DNA of 33,684 bases from a bacterium (GCA_031362565.1 JANLSU010000128.1:1-33684), one strand, 5' to 3'; positions 8,260 through 18,951 are shown, numbered from the stretch's first letter. The notes: generated from the letters alone by a model not told the origin. Numbers and translations: made by a program.

Positions 8260-9159
8260 TCACTCGTGCCGCAGGTGCGGGTCGAGCGCGTCGCGCAACC
8301 CATCGCCCAAGAAATTGAGACAGAAGAGCGTCAGCGCCAAAGCGAATCCCGGGAAAATGACCATCCACGGGAAGAACGCCATCACCGTCGCGCCTTCATT
8401 GACGAGCGTTCCCCAACTCGCCTGCGGCGGCTGGACGCCGAGACCGAGGAACGACAAGAAGGCCTCCTGCAGCATGACGGCCGGCACGGTCAACGTCGCA
8501 TACACGATGATCGGCCCAAGCGCGTTCGGCACCAGATGCCGGAAGATGATGTGCGCCGGGCCTGCGCCCAAAGCGCGCGCCGCCTCGACGAATTCCTGCT
8601 GCTTCAGCGACAGCACCTGGCCGCGCACGATGCGCGCCATGGTCAGCCACTGCACGAGCCCCAACGCCGCGAAGAGCATCCACAGGCTCTTGCTGAAGTA
8701 CACCATGAGCAGAATCACCAAGAACATGTACGGTAGCGAGTACAGGACATCCACGAAGCGCATCATGACGTTATCGGTGCGGCCGCCGACGTAGCCCGCC
8801 GTTGCGCCGAATGTCACTCCGACCAGAAACGACACAAGCGTCGCCACCAACCCAACGAGAATCGATACGCGTCCGCCGTACAACACCCGCGCAAAAAGAT
8901 CGCGCCCCAAGAGGTCGGTGCCGAACGGATGGGCAAAGGCAGGCCCGCGCGCCCCGAGCGCCAGGTCTTGCGCCGTGGGGTCGGCGACGCCCGGCAGAAG
9001 AGGGGCCGCCAAGGTCAGGACGCCGATGACCGCCAAGAGCGCGCCACTCGCGACCGCCATGCGGTTCCGCAACAACCGGCGCCATGCGTCGCGCCACAGA
9101 CTCGTGCCGGCGTCCGGCGCTTCGTCCGCGTCGTCGAAAACTTGCATCGCTACGGTCAT
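8260..9159 (-). CDS. oppC: Oligopeptide ABC transporter permease
   Basis: [28 protein letters not shown] motif [24 protein letters not shown]. Confidence 0.93.
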   Translation of the reverse strand: MTVAMQVFDDADEAPDAGTSLWRDAWRRLLRNRMAVASGALLAVIGVLTLAAPLLPGVADPTAQDLALGARGPAFAHPFGTDLLGRDLFARVLYGGRVSILVGLVATLVSFLVGVTFGATAGYVGGRTDNVMMRFVDVLYSLPYMFLVILLMVYFSKSLWMLFAALGLVQWLTMARIVRGQVLSLKQQEFVEAARALGAGPAHIIFRHLVPNALGPIIVYATLTVPAVMLQEAFLSFLGLGVQPPQASWGTLVNEGATVMAFFPWMVIFPGFALALTLFCLNFLGDGLRDALDPHLRHE

Positions 9160-9168
9160 TCTCAGCCA

Positions 9169-10086
9169 CTACTCCATCTGGACGCGCGGATCCAAGAGTC
9201 CGTACATCACGTCGACGATCATGTTGAAGAGAATCAGGAAACCGGCGTAAAAAATGACGACGCCCATCACCAGCGTGTAGTCGCGATTGAAGGCGGCATT
9301 TACGAAGTATTGCCCGACGCCCGGAATCGCGAAGATTTTCTCGACGACGATTGCACCGGTGACGGCGCGCGCCACGGCAGGTCCCAGGAACGAGACGACG
9401 GGCAGCAGCCCGCCGCGGAGCGCATGCCGGACCACGATCCGCCATTCCGGCAGGCCCTTGGCCCGCGCCGTGCGGATGAAGTCTTGCCGCGTCACTTCGA
9501 GCATGCCACCGCGGGTCAGACGCGCAATGTAGGCGACGTAGATCGCCGAGAGTGTAATGACCGGCAGGATCTTGTGGCTCAGGCCGCCCCAGAGCGCCGG
9601 CGGCAACCAACGCAACGTCAGCGCGAAGACGAAAATCAGCAGCGGCCCCAGTACAAAGTTCGGAATCGAGACGCCGAGCATGGCGAAACCCATGGGCACG
9701 TGGTCCCAGGCGCTATTTTGACGCATGGCCGCGATGGCACCGATGGGGATGCCGATCACCAGGGCGAAAAGCAGCGCGAGCCCGCCCAGTTCGAGCGACG
9801 TCGGCAGCGCTCCCAAGATGATTTCGCGCACGCTCCGCGATGGGAACTTGTACGACGGCCCAAAGTCGAACCGCGCGACATTCGTCAGATACCGGAAGTA
9901 CTGCACGTGCATCGGCTGGTCGAGCCCGTACTTGGCGGAAAGCGCCGCCTTGGCCTCGGCCGGGATCTCGCGTTCCGAAACGAACGGTCCGCCCGGTGCG
10001 AGCCGAATCAGGAAGAAGGTGATCGTAACGATGACCCACAGCGTCGGCACGATCGACAGCAACCGCCGCACCACGAATCGTGTCAT
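9169..10086 (-). CDS. oppB: Oligopeptide ABC transporter permease
   Basis: MTRFVVRRLL, APGGPF, DFIRTARAKGL, NRDYTLVMG, LDPRV. ATGA overlap with the oppA stop. Confidence 0.93.
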   Translation of the reverse strand: MTRFVVRRLLSIVPTLWVIVTITFFLIRLAPGGPFVSEREIPAEAKAALSAKYGLDQPMHVQYFRYLTNVARFDFGPSYKFPSRSVREIILGALPTSLELGGLALLFALVIGIPIGAIAAMRQNSAWDHVPMGFAMLGVSIPNFVLGPLLIFVFALTLRWLPPALWGGLSHKILPVITLSAIYVAYIARLTRGGMLEVTRQDFIRTARAKGLPEWRIVVRHALRGGLLPVVSFLGPAVARAVTGAIVVEKIFAIPGVGQYFVNAAFNRDYTLVMGVVIFYAGFLILFNMIVDVMYGLLDPRVQME

Positions 10087-11816
10087 CGGCCGCCTCCCGT
10101 GCCGGCCACGCGCTCGAGCCACAGGTACTTGAGCGGGTGGTTGTCGAGCGCCGTCGGGTACCAGCCACGAACGTAGGGCGCCACCAGCTCGACGGTGCGA
10201 TAGGCGTAGATCGGCAGGAACGGCATCTCATTCAATGCGATCTGCTCGGCCCCTGCCAGCGTTCGCATCCGGCGGGCCGGGTCCATCTCGGCGCCTGCAG
10301 CCGTCACCAACGAGTCGAACCGGGCGTTCGTCCAGCCGCTCCGGTTGTTGCCGTCGCCGCCCCGCAGCATGTACAGGAAGGTGTTTGGATCCTTGTAGTC
10401 GGCAATCCACGAACGGCGCGCCACTTGGTACTGCAGGCCGACCGTCGCCTTCATGTAGCTGGCGAATTCCTGGTTGGAAAGGCTGACGTCGACGCCCAGC
10501 TCGCGCTTCCACATCTCCTGAATGGCTTCGGCGATCTTGCGATGATCCTGGCTGGTGTTGAACAGGATTTCGAATTTTGGAAAGCCCTTGCCGCCCGGGA
10601 AGCCGGCTTCCGCCAGCAGCGCCCGTCCCTTTTCGGGGTCGAACACCACACCCTGGGGATACGGATATTTCTCGAATCCGGGCGGCACGATCCCGCCCCA
10701 CGGAGTCTTGCTGTCATAGAGCAAGTACTTGACGATCTTCTCGCGGTCTACCGCCGAAGCCAGCGCTCGCCGCACGCGCACGTCATCGAAGGGCTTCTGG
10801 GTGACATTGAACGAATAGAAATAGGTGCCAAGATAAGCGCCGGAGCGGAAATCGTTGTAGTCACGCACGTACGGAACATATTGCGCCGGCAGGTAGCCGC
10901 TCGGATTCCAGTCCGTCATCCCGGCGCGGTACATGTTGAGCATCGTCGAGAGATCTTCCGTCGCGTAGAGGATGATGCGGTCGAGCCGGACGTGCACCGC
11001 ATCCCAGTAGGCCGGGTCGCGCACGAGTTCGATCCGATCGTTCGGTTTGTGCACCCCGAGCCGGAAGGGGCCATTCGTCACGATGTGTTCGGGCCGCGTC
11101 CAGCGGTCGCCGAAGGCCTCGACCGTGGCCTTGTGCACGGGCAAGAACGGGTAATAGCTCACGAGTTGCATGAAGTAGGGCGTCGGGGTCGCGAGATCGA
11201 CCACAAAGGTCGAGTCGTTGGCGGCGCGAATCCCCACCTGCTGCGCGTCGATGATTTCTTTCTTCTTATAGGCGCGGGCATTCCGAATGACATAGAAGAT
11301 GTCGGCATAGCGCGCCGGCGTATCCGGATGCAGCACCCGCAGCCACGAGTACTCGAAGTCGCGGGCGGTCACCGCATCGCCATTCGTCCAAAGGGCGCCG
11401 TGCCGCACGTGAAACGTGTACTTCAGTCCATCTGTCGAAATGTCCCACGACGTCGCCATGCCGGGCAACGGATCGAGAGTCCGGGGGTCCTCGGTGGTTA
11501 GGCCCTCGAAGATTCCGCGGGCAATGCGGCCGTCGGATTGCGCCGACATGAGAGCCGGGTCGAGCACTTCGGGCTCGGTGCCGTTGGTGAAGCGGAAGAC
11601 ACGTGGGTCGGCGGGGTGAGAGCGGCCGAAGGAACGCGCTTGGGGCTTGGGAGACGATGTCGACGCATTTGCAATAGCGCTGGCGCCGCCCGGGGGCGGC
11701 GCGACTACCGCACGAGCTTCGCCCCGCGCCGCAAGACGAGGCACCGAAATCCCCGTTGCGAGCGCGAGTGCGATCACCAGCGCGCCGCGTTTTCCAGCCG
11801 TGGACTCCAGACCCAT
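10083..11816 (-). CDS. oppA: Peptide ABC transporter substrate-binding protein
   Basis: EPEVLDP, IFEGLT, WTNGDAVTARDFEYSWLR, NGPF, KPFDDVRVRRALA. Start at 11816 chosen from a GGAGG RBS. Confidence 0.92.
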   Translation of the reverse strand: MGLESTAGKRGALVIALALATGISVPRLAARGEARAVVAPPPGGASAIANASTSSPKPQARSFGRSHPADPRVFRFTNGTEPEVLDPALMSAQSDGRIARGIFEGLTTEDPRTLDPLPGMATSWDISTDGLKYTFHVRHGALWTNGDAVTARDFEYSWLRVLHPDTPARYADIFYVIRNARAYKKKEIIDAQQVGIRAANDSTFVVDLATPTPYFMQLVSYYPFLPVHKATVEAFGDRWTRPEHIVTNGPFRLGVHKPNDRIELVRDPAYWDAVHVRLDRIILYATEDLSTMLNMYRAGMTDWNPSGYLPAQYVPYVRDYNDFRSGAYLGTYFYSFNVTQKPFDDVRVRRALASAVDREKIVKYLLYDSKTPWGGIVPPGFEKYPYPQGVVFDPEKGRALLAEAGFPGGKGFPKFEILFNTSQDHRKIAEAIQEMWKRELGVDVSLSNQEFASYMKATVGLQYQVARRSWIADYKDPNTFLYMLRGGDGNNRSGWTNARFDSLVTAAGAEMDPARRMRTLAGAEQIALNEMPFLPIYAYRTVELVAPYVRGWYPTALDNHPLKYLWLERVAGTGGGR

Positions 11817-11981
11817 CCCGCCGATCCTCCACCCATTCGCGCCCGGCGCCCCACGAATGCCGCCGCGATTCACCGACTATAATAGTGCAGGAAGAGCGCC
11901 ATCCCCACCTGGAAACGCGGCCGCCTACCGGCAGCCACGGGCGTCACGAGCCCGGCGAGTCTGGAGATGCTTGGAGCGCGG

Positions 11982-13031
11982 TCAGTTTTGCAGTTGGAGC
12001 ACACCGGTGTGTGCATTGCCGTCGGCATCCGTGAACGCCAGGTAGCTGCCGGCACGGGAGAGGCGCGGGTCGGCGCCCCAGGCGACTCCGGACACCCCGA
12101 CACGCCAGGCATCATTGAGCGCGACGAGGAAGATCTTCGATCCGGTGACTTGGTCCTCATCGCCCATCACTTGTTCGCCCGCCGCATACGTTCCATCGGC
12201 CGAGATCGAGGTCGCGGCAAACGCGCCATCGTCCCACGCGGCGCGAATTTGCCCCGCCATCTTGCCGGTCGGATCGACGATGAGATTCGCACCCGGTTTG
12301 CCTTCGGTGTCGCTCAAGACGTGCACGAGCAGACGTCCATCCGCGAAGCCGTCGGAGCGCAGGAGCGAGCGCGACAGATTGGCGGCGCTGGCCACAGGCG
12401 ATGTTGCCTTGGGAACACGCGCATCGAAATACGCTGCGCGCGGCAGTGTGCCGCCGAACTCGAAGACCAGGACCGGCCGTGCCGCCAGTGTGCGCGCCCG
12501 CGCCGCCGTCCAGGCTGCGGGCGGTTCGACGACATGCGGCTTTGGTGATGTGTAGTCCCAGTAGTAGATCTTGCCGTCCCCGGCCCAAACAAAATCGCTC
12601 AGGAGCACGCCATCGGCGACCGATGTCGCGGCGCCGCCGCCGCGGGCCGGTACGACGACAAGCGCCGCGCCTTCCGCATCCCTGGCGATCGATGGTGTGC
12701 GTACGAGCAGCCACGTTCCGTCCGGCGACCACGTGCAGTCGGTGTCGACGGCATTCACGACGCGCACCGGCTGCGCCGTTGTGCTTTCGAGGTTCAAGAC
12801 GAGAATGCCGCTACCGTCCGCATAGGCGAACTGAGCGGTGGTTGGCGACCAGGGAGAGTAGCGGCCGTAGCGTCCAGGAGGCGTCCCGCGCTCGACGAAC
12901 GTCGCGGCGCGGGGCGGATGTGAAGCCACATGCGGCACTCCGGCCGCGGGCGAACAGAGCGCCGCCGGTGCCGCGAGTAGCGCCGCCCAGGCGACGCCTC
13001 GCGTTAGAGTCGACCCGCGCATCCCGTACAT
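11982..13031 (-). CDS. Exported TolB-like beta-propeller hypothetical protein
   Basis: Signal peptide and motifs PWSPT, TWSPDGTWL, VWAGDG, SISADG. Start 13031 (GGAGG RBS) or 13052. Confidence 0.72.
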   Translation of the reverse strand: MYGMRGSTLTRGVAWAALLAAPAALCSPAAGVPHVASHPPRAATFVERGTPPGRYGRYSPWSPTTAQFAYADGSGILVLNLESTTAQPVRVVNAVDTDCTWSPDGTWLLVRTPSIARDAEGAALVVVPARGGGAATSVADGVLLSDFVWAGDGKIYYWDYTSPKPHVVEPPAAWTAARARTLAARPVLVFEFGGTLPRAAYFDARVPKATSPVASAANLSRSLLRSDGFADGRLLVHVLSDTEGKPGANLIVDPTGKMAGQIRAAWDDGAFAATSISADGTYAAGEQVMGDEDQVTGSKIFLVALNDAWRVGVSGVAWGADPRLSRAGSYLAFTDADGNAHTGVLQLQN

Positions 13032-13067
13032 CCCGCCCTCCCGAGGTCGCATCTTACACGAGTTGGG

Positions 13068-16000
13068 TCAGCGCAGGAGCGCCAGCTTGTGTGCCAGCGT
13101 TGCGGCCGGCGTTTGCACGCGATAGACGTAGATACCCGATGGCATCGCTACGCCGCGGGTGTTGCGGCCGTCCCACGTGGCCCGATACACGCCCGGCGCA
13201 CGCGCGCCATCCACGAGGCGGCGCACGAGCCGGCCGCGCACATCCAGAATGTCGAGCTGCACCGGTACCGCATGCGCTGCGGCCGCAGCACTTGCCGGAA
13301 CTCCAAACTCGATCGTCGTCGTCGGATTGAACGGGTTCGGGAAATTGCGCGCAAACACTTGCGCCGGCGGCGGCCCGGCGGTCACCGGTTCGTCTGGGTT
13401 CCCTACATCGGTCGGCGCGTCGACGCGGTGCCCGTAGTAACCGCTGCGTTGATTGTCGTGCATGACGGTCGGCCATTGTGCGGCCGTTGCATTCCACGCC
13501 GCCGGGAAGTCCCACACGTAGGCGTTGCGATTCCAACTCGAGAACACGAGATCGATGTCGCCGTCACCGTCGACGTCGTCGGCGTACGGCGTCGAACGCA
13601 CGAAATCGTTCACGACGAGCGGAAAGCCCGCGAGATCGTTGCCGTTTTTGTCCCAACCCAGGAGAAGCCCACCCTCGGTGCCAAAGACAATATCGGGAAT
13701 GCCGTCGCCCGAAAAATCAGCGACGATCGGCGAACTCTCCGACGATCCCCCGGCGGCGATGCGCGGCCAGCCGGCCTCGAGCACGCCCAGGTGGTTGTAC
13801 ACGTCGACCTCACACTCGACGGGCGCGATGTCGTTGTGCGCCACCACGATGTCCAAGAAGCCGTCGAAGTTGAAGTCGCAGAGTGCCGGCGATGGCGACT
13901 TCGAAGCACTGGCGATGGGATGCGACTTCGGCCAGCCCGGCAGTTCGAGGCCGGTCTTCGAGTTGATGACGTGGATCGCGCCACCCTCGGTGATCATGAC
14001 GATGTCCAGGACGCCGTCCTTGTTGACGTCGCCGATCGCCGTCCCCGACAGGCATTCGCTGCCAAGCGTCTTCGGGAACGGGGCTACGACGCTGCCGTCG
14101 GCGTTCCACACGTTGAGCACGCCGTTGGGCGCTCCGTAGACGATTTCCGAGTACGGATCGCCATCGAAGTTCGCGAACGACAGTGGGGTGCGCGCGTAGA
14201 TCCCGAGGCCGGTTTTGAACGCGGCCGAGCCGCCGAGCGGCGTGCCGTTCCAGTGCCACGCGTAGACACTGCCGTTCTTGGCAGGTGAGAAGATCTCGGG
14301 GCGTCCGTCGCCATCCACGTCGATCGACGCGATCCCGGCCCAATTGCCCTTTTGCGCCGACGAGGGGTCGGGGTTCTGCGGCCAGCCGGGTGCGAACGAG
14401 CCGTCACCGCGCACTACGAACACCTTGTTGGAATCGTCCCACGCGCCGACGCACACTTCGAATCCGGGGCGCGTGCGATCGACGTCGCCGAGCGCGATCG
14501 CGCCGGTGATCGTCTTGATTTCGTTCGCGAAGACGCCCCAGGTCTGTGGATTGTTGTCGTCGTCACGCAATTCGACGCCGGCCGATGTCCAGGCATACAG
14601 GTGCTCGTTGCCGGCGATGATTTCCTTGTTGCCGTCACCCGTGATGTCGCCGACGACGACCGGACACGAAGTCGGGGCGAGCATGGCGATCGGCCAGCCC
14701 AGAACCTGCGCAGGATTGGTGCTGGCATTCGCGGCGGCCGAACGCGCCGACTCGTTGCCGGACGCATCGACCGCGGTCATCGCATAGTAGTAACGCGTGT
14801 TGGGCAGGAGTCCCGTGTCGCGGAAATAGGCGACGCGCTGGGTGCGGTCGGCCGTGACGCGAGTCCACGGGCCGGCGGCGTTGGTGGCGCGGTAGACGTG
14901 ATAGCCCGCCAGGTCGGCATCGACGTTCGGCGTGCAGCTCACCAGGATGACGTTGGATCCGGTCGTCACGTCCAGAACCGGCAGCGCCGGCGTGGCCGGA
15001 CCACGGAGCGTGATGGGCACAACGAGTGCCCGGCCATAATTGTCGGTCAAGGTCAGCGTCAGGGCGTTTTCCGCCAACAGGCTCTCGCGCAGACGAAAGC
15101 GCGTTGCGCCGCTTACTTCCGCGAGCGGATTGGCGCGGCCCACGGAGACCGCGGCATTGAAAATCGTCACGTCCGGGTCTACCGACGTGAGGGTGGCCCC
15201 GAGCCCATCCGCAGCCCCGGAACCATAGTTCTTGAACGTGGCGAGGAGGTCGAACGTTTCGCCCGCCTGAATCACGCCATCGCCATTGCCGCCGGCTGGC
15301 GTGTCGTCCACCTTCAGAAGGACGTGCCGCAGAACGGGTGCGTGCACGACGCGATTCACGATGTCGGTGTAGGTCGTCGGTGCCTTGGTCGACAGGAATG
15401 TGAGCGGCAGCACCGTCCCGTCGGGCGCGTTCGACGTCACCAAGAAGCGCACTTGATTGGTCGACGTAGCGGTGGCGCCGGCTGCCATGTTCGCCAAATT
15501 GTAGGTGCTGTCCGGCACCGTGACGTACGGGCTCGGTACACGCAGGATGCCGGTAACGCCATTGGCAGCCGCGCTGCCACTGTTTTGAAATGTCATGCTG
15601 AGTTCGAGCGTCTCGCCCGCATCCAACGTGCCGTCGCTATTGCCGTTGCTGGGCGCGGTTGGCGTGTCGTCGATCGTGACGCTCTGCGCCCGCACGTACG
15701 ACAGGCCGCCGGTCAAGACGGTGATGTTGCCGAGGAGCGTGCGCATGTTCTGGCCGCTCACGGTGACTTGCACGAGCCCGGCGCTCTCGGCCCGGAAGGG
15801 CAGCGTCACCGCGCCCGCGCCGTTCGTCGTCCCGAAGCGGTATTCCTCCGTCCCCTTTTGCAAACAGACGAGGGCGCCGGCGCGCGCCACGCCGTTCACG
15901 GTCACGTTCACCGTGATGTTCACGAGGCCTGGGTTGATGGTCGACGGGAACGTGGCGGCGGTCGTGCCGAGCATGCAGGTATGCAGCACCATCTCGGGGT

Positions 16001-17936
16001 CCGCCAGGCAGGCGTACATGAAGTGCGTGTAGTGGTCGGCGTTGTCGAGCAGAGCGTTGGGCGTCTGCGCCAGGCGACTTTGATCCCACGCTTCGGCGAC
16101 GTGCACTTTCGATTGCTGGAACACGGCGTCGAAAAAATTCGTGTTGTACGGCTGCACGGTGAGCGGAAAGGCGGTGCGGCTCGCGCCCAAAGCCGCCACA
16201 GCGCCTCCCGGCGAACCCAAGAAAGCCTCGGCCAGGCATGGGAAGTCAAACGCCGTCGCCGTACAGTTCAGCATGAAGAGTAGGAACGTCTTGTCGGTGT
16301 TGGTGAGCGCCGTTGCGTGGCTATTCTGCAAGCTCGCATCGCCGACCGACATGTTGTAGCGATACCCATGGCCGACATGGTTGACGAACCCGTAGCCGGA
16401 GTTCATTTCGTCGATCGCCTTCTGGCGCGTGAGCAAGGTCGCCGCCGGAAAATCGACCGTGTTCTGATACAGTTTCATGACGGACGAACATCCGGCGAGT
16501 TCGGTTGCCACCGACTCGCACAGGTCGGCACCATCCTGGGTCGCCGTCTGCGACGGGTCCCAGTCGATCGGAAACAGAACCTCGCCCAGCAACAACACCT
16601 TGTTCTGGTACGCGGTCTGGGTGGGGTTCTCGTAGGCCATCACCTTGGCAACCATGGCGTCGACGGTCGCGACGGTGCTCGTGGGCAGGCGCCCGACATG
16701 CACTTCGGGATAGAGATCTGTCGAATCGACGGGCGCCACCGCGCTCAGCGCTCCCTCGCCCCAAAGTGCGTCGCCGTCCTTGTTCCAGTTGCCATCGAGG
16801 CAGCCGAAATAGAGATCCGTCGGCACGTGCTGATCATCGTCGCTCACGAAGCCCGAATAGCCGTAACGCGCCGGCAAGAGATCCGTGTCGCCGCCCAGGA
16901 GCACGTACTGCACGGCCCACTTGGCATAGGCGTCCTTGATGAAGATGCGGATCGTCTCTTGAAGATCGCTACCGTGGCGGTAGTTGGCTTGAATCCACTC
17001 CACCGTGCGCACCACGGCCGGCACGCCGCGCCGCGTCTTCCAGTCGGCGAGCACCTGCCAGCGAGCCGCCAGCGCGTCGGTCGTAATGATGATGTAGTCG
17101 ACGTCGCTGCCTTCCAAGCTCGGAGCATCCGTCGGGCGGAATCCGCCCGGCTGCTCGACGAGAATGCCGATGCGGCGGTCGTAGCTTTCGAGTGCCTCGG
17201 GGTTGGCGACGAGGGTTTTCAGCGTGGCACGCGCCGACGCTTCGAGCGCGCCGCTGAACCGTTCACGCGCCACCGGCTCGGCGCCGCCCGGCGCCAGGTC
17301 GAGTTCGAGGTCGATGCGGGAGTGGATGAGGACGCGAGCGTGCGCCGCGTCGTAGTGCACCGGATAGACGCGCACCGAAAGCAGTTGATAGCCATGCAGC
17401 ATGCCGGTGCCGGCGGGTTCGGCAAATGCGGCCGGATAGAGCTCGGAGCTTGCAGCGACGGCATCGGAGAGCGTATCCGCCGGACGCGGCAACGGGGCCT
17501 GTATCGCATTGCCATTTTCATCGGCCATCGGAGCGGCCGGCGCAAGTGTGATCCCATTCACAACCAGCGGTTCACCGGCTGCCTGCGCGCGCAGGCCAAC
17601 CAAGCGGGAGCCGCGCGCCACGAGAAAGGTCAGCGTTTGATACGGCAGCTCCGCCGCGCCACGCTCCCAGGTGCGCGCCAACGTTCCGGCGTGCAGCTCG
17701 TGCCGTTCGAACGCCTGCCCCAGGTCGAGCGCCGCCGCGTCAAAGCGCGCTGCGTACCGCAAGGTGCGCGCCGCCTCCGGCCGAGCTACCGCAGCCTGCA
17801 CCGTGCCCGCTGCGGCAAGCAACGTCGCAAACGCCAAGGCCAGCGCCAGCGCAACCACGTTGCGCGTCGCAGGCCAAAACCGATTGCGGCCAAATCGGGA
17901 TGCAAGGTCGGCGGGCCGAGTGGCACGCAAGGGCAT
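13068..17936 (-). CDS. Secreted peptidase C25 (gingipain-like) with Ig-like, FN3 and FG-GAP repeats and a FlgD-Ig/T9SS-like C-terminal domain
   Basis: GGAGG-ATG at 17936. C25 motifs YVLLGGD, VGRLP, catalytic-type NHVGHG and MLNC. Two 'NGxxDGxxxAGET' Ig repeats, FN3 (DLAGYHVYR...YYYAMTAVDASGNES), many GDxxGDG repeats, C-terminal NFPNPFNP...WDG...SGIYVYR. Confidence 0.88.
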   Translation of the reverse strand: MPLRATRPADLASRFGRNRFWPATRNVVALALALAFATLLAAAGTVQAAVARPEAARTLRYAARFDAAALDLGQAFERHELHAGTLARTWERGAAELPYQTLTFLVARGSRLVGLRAQAAGEPLVVNGITLAPAAPMADENGNAIQAPLPRPADTLSDAVAASSELYPAAFAEPAGTGMLHGYQLLSVRVYPVHYDAAHARVLIHSRIDLELDLAPGGAEPVARERFSGALEASARATLKTLVANPEALESYDRRIGILVEQPGGFRPTDAPSLEGSDVDYIIITTDALAARWQVLADWKTRRGVPAVVRTVEWIQANYRHGSDLQETIRIFIKDAYAKWAVQYVLLGGDTDLLPARYGYSGFVSDDDQHVPTDLYFGCLDGNWNKDGDALWGEGALSAVAPVDSTDLYPEVHVGRLPTSTVATVDAMVAKVMAYENPTQTAYQNKVLLLGEVLFPIDWDPSQTATQDGADLCESVATELAGCSSVMKLYQNTVDFPAATLLTRQKAIDEMNSGYGFVNHVGHGYRYNMSVGDASLQNSHATALTNTDKTFLLFMLNCTATAFDFPCLAEAFLGSPGGAVAALGASRTAFPLTVQPYNTNFFDAVFQQSKVHVAEAWDQSRLAQTPNALLDNADHYTHFMYACLADPEMVLHTCMLGTTAATFPSTINPGLVNITVNVTVNGVARAGALVCLQKGTEEYRFGTTNGAGAVTLPFRAESAGLVQVTVSGQNMRTLLGNITVLTGGLSYVRAQSVTIDDTPTAPSNGNSDGTLDAGETLELSMTFQNSGSAAANGVTGILRVPSPYVTVPDSTYNLANMAAGATATSTNQVRFLVTSNAPDGTVLPLTFLSTKAPTTYTDIVNRVVHAPVLRHVLLKVDDTPAGGNGDGVIQAGETFDLLATFKNYGSGAADGLGATLTSVDPDVTIFNAAVSVGRANPLAEVSGATRFRLRESLLAENALTLTLTDNYGRALVVPITLRGPATPALPVLDVTTGSNVILVSCTPNVDADLAGYHVYRATNAAGPWTRVTADRTQRVAYFRDTGLLPNTRYYYAMTAVDASGNESARSAAANASTNPAQVLGWPIAMLAPTSCPVVVGDITGDGNKEIIAGNEHLYAWTSAGVELRDDDNNPQTWGVFANEIKTITGAIALGDVDRTRPGFEVCVGAWDDSNKVFVVRGDGSFAPGWPQNPDPSSAQKGNWAGIASIDVDGDGRPEIFSPAKNGSVYAWHWNGTPLGGSAAFKTGLGIYARTPLSFANFDGDPYSEIVYGAPNGVLNVWNADGSVVAPFPKTLGSECLSGTAIGDVNKDGVLDIVMITEGGAIHVINSKTGLELPGWPKSHPIASASKSPSPALCDFNFDGFLDIVVAHNDIAPVECEVDVYNHLGVLEAGWPRIAAGGSSESSPIVADFSGDGIPDIVFGTEGGLLLGWDKNGNDLAGFPLVVNDFVRSTPYADDVDGDGDIDLVFSSWNRNAYVWDFPAAWNATAAQWPTVMHDNQRSGYYGHRVDAPTDVGNPDEPVTAGPPPAQVFARNFPNPFNPTTTIEFGVPASAAAAAHAVPVQLDILDVRGRLVRRLVDGARAPGVYRATWDGRNTRGVAMPSGIYVYRVQTPAATLAHKLALLR

Positions 17937-18097
17937 GACTCCTCCCAGAGATGTTCGGCGCGGCTGTTTTCCGGAAAGGGGGCAGTGGCGAAGAGTATAC
18001 CGCCCCCTGGCCGGCACGGCCAGGTGGCCGGATGTACCGCTCGCAAGCGATCGCCGCCCTGCTGGCGCGCCCGCACCGCGTCACCTAGGATTGCCGC

Positions 18098-18946
18098 ATG
18101 GCCAACGCGTCTTCCGCCCAAACGGCCGCAATTGCGAAATTTCGCGCCCTGCACGCGTCCGGGTGCTTCGTGCTGCCGAACCCATGGGACGCCGGCACGG
18201 CGGTGTATCTGCAGCATCTTGGGTTCTCTGCGCTCGCTACGACTTCGGCCGGAGCGGCCTTCGCGCTCGGCAAACCGGATACGGCTTCAGCGGTGCCGCG
18301 CGATGCCATGCTGGCGCACATCCGGGCCGTAGCTGCCGCAACATCGTTGCCGGTGAACGCCGATTTTCAAACCGGGTATGCGGACGACCCGGAAGGCGTC
18401 GCGGCGAACGTGACGCTCTGCATTGCGACGGGAGTCGCCGGCCTGTCGATCGAGGACGCAACGGGGCAAAGCGCTATGCCGCTCTACGAACGGGGCTTGG
18501 CCGTCGAACGCATCCGCGCCGCACGCACCGCCATCGACGCTTCTGGAATTCCGGTGGTGCTCACGGCGCGCTGCGAAGCGTGGCTCGTCCGACAGGCGGA
18601 TCCGCTTCGCACCGCTCTCGATCGTCTCGTAGCATTCGCCGCAGCAGGGGCGGATTGCCTCTACGCCCCCGGCGTGCTGGACCCCGCTGAAATTGCCATG
18701 ATCGTGAAGGCGGTCGCGCCAAAGCCGGTCAACGTCTTGATCTCGCGGCCCAATCCGGCGCTGTCGGTTGCGCGGCTCGCGGAACTCGGCGTGCGGCGCG
18801 TTTCCGTCGGCTCGGCGTTGGCGCGCGTCGCCTGGGGAGCCTTCATCCGCGCTGCCCGTGACATTGCAACGACGGGCACGTTCGACTCGTTCGCCGAAGC
18901 GGCGTCGTTCGCCGAACTCAACGATCTCTTCGATGCGGATCGCTGA
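18098..18946 (+). CDS. Isocitrate lyase/PEP mutase superfamily protein
   Basis: FRALH...LPNPWD, ALATTSAG, LPVNADF, GLSIED, AGADCLYAPG, LGVRRVSVG. Confidence 0.9.
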   Translation: MANASSAQTAAIAKFRALHASGCFVLPNPWDAGTAVYLQHLGFSALATTSAGAAFALGKPDTASAVPRDAMLAHIRAVAAATSLPVNADFQTGYADDPEGVAANVTLCIATGVAGLSIEDATGQSAMPLYERGLAVERIRAARTAIDASGIPVVLTARCEAWLVRQADPLRTALDRLVAFAAAGADCLYAPGVLDPAEIAMIVKAVAPKPVNVLISRPNPALSVARLAELGVRRVSVGSALARVAWGAFIRAARDIATTGTFDSFAEAASFAELNDLFDADR

Positions 18947-18951
18947 CCCGT

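Noticed and set aside
11876..11887. AT-rich palindrome GACTATAATAGT upstream of oppA as an operator
   Set aside because: It is short and single-copy, most simply a -10 element, and I found no matching -35.
18098..18946. Calling this aceA or prpB
   Set aside because: The KKCGH/KRCGH catalytic loop is absent, so only superfamily membership is supportable.
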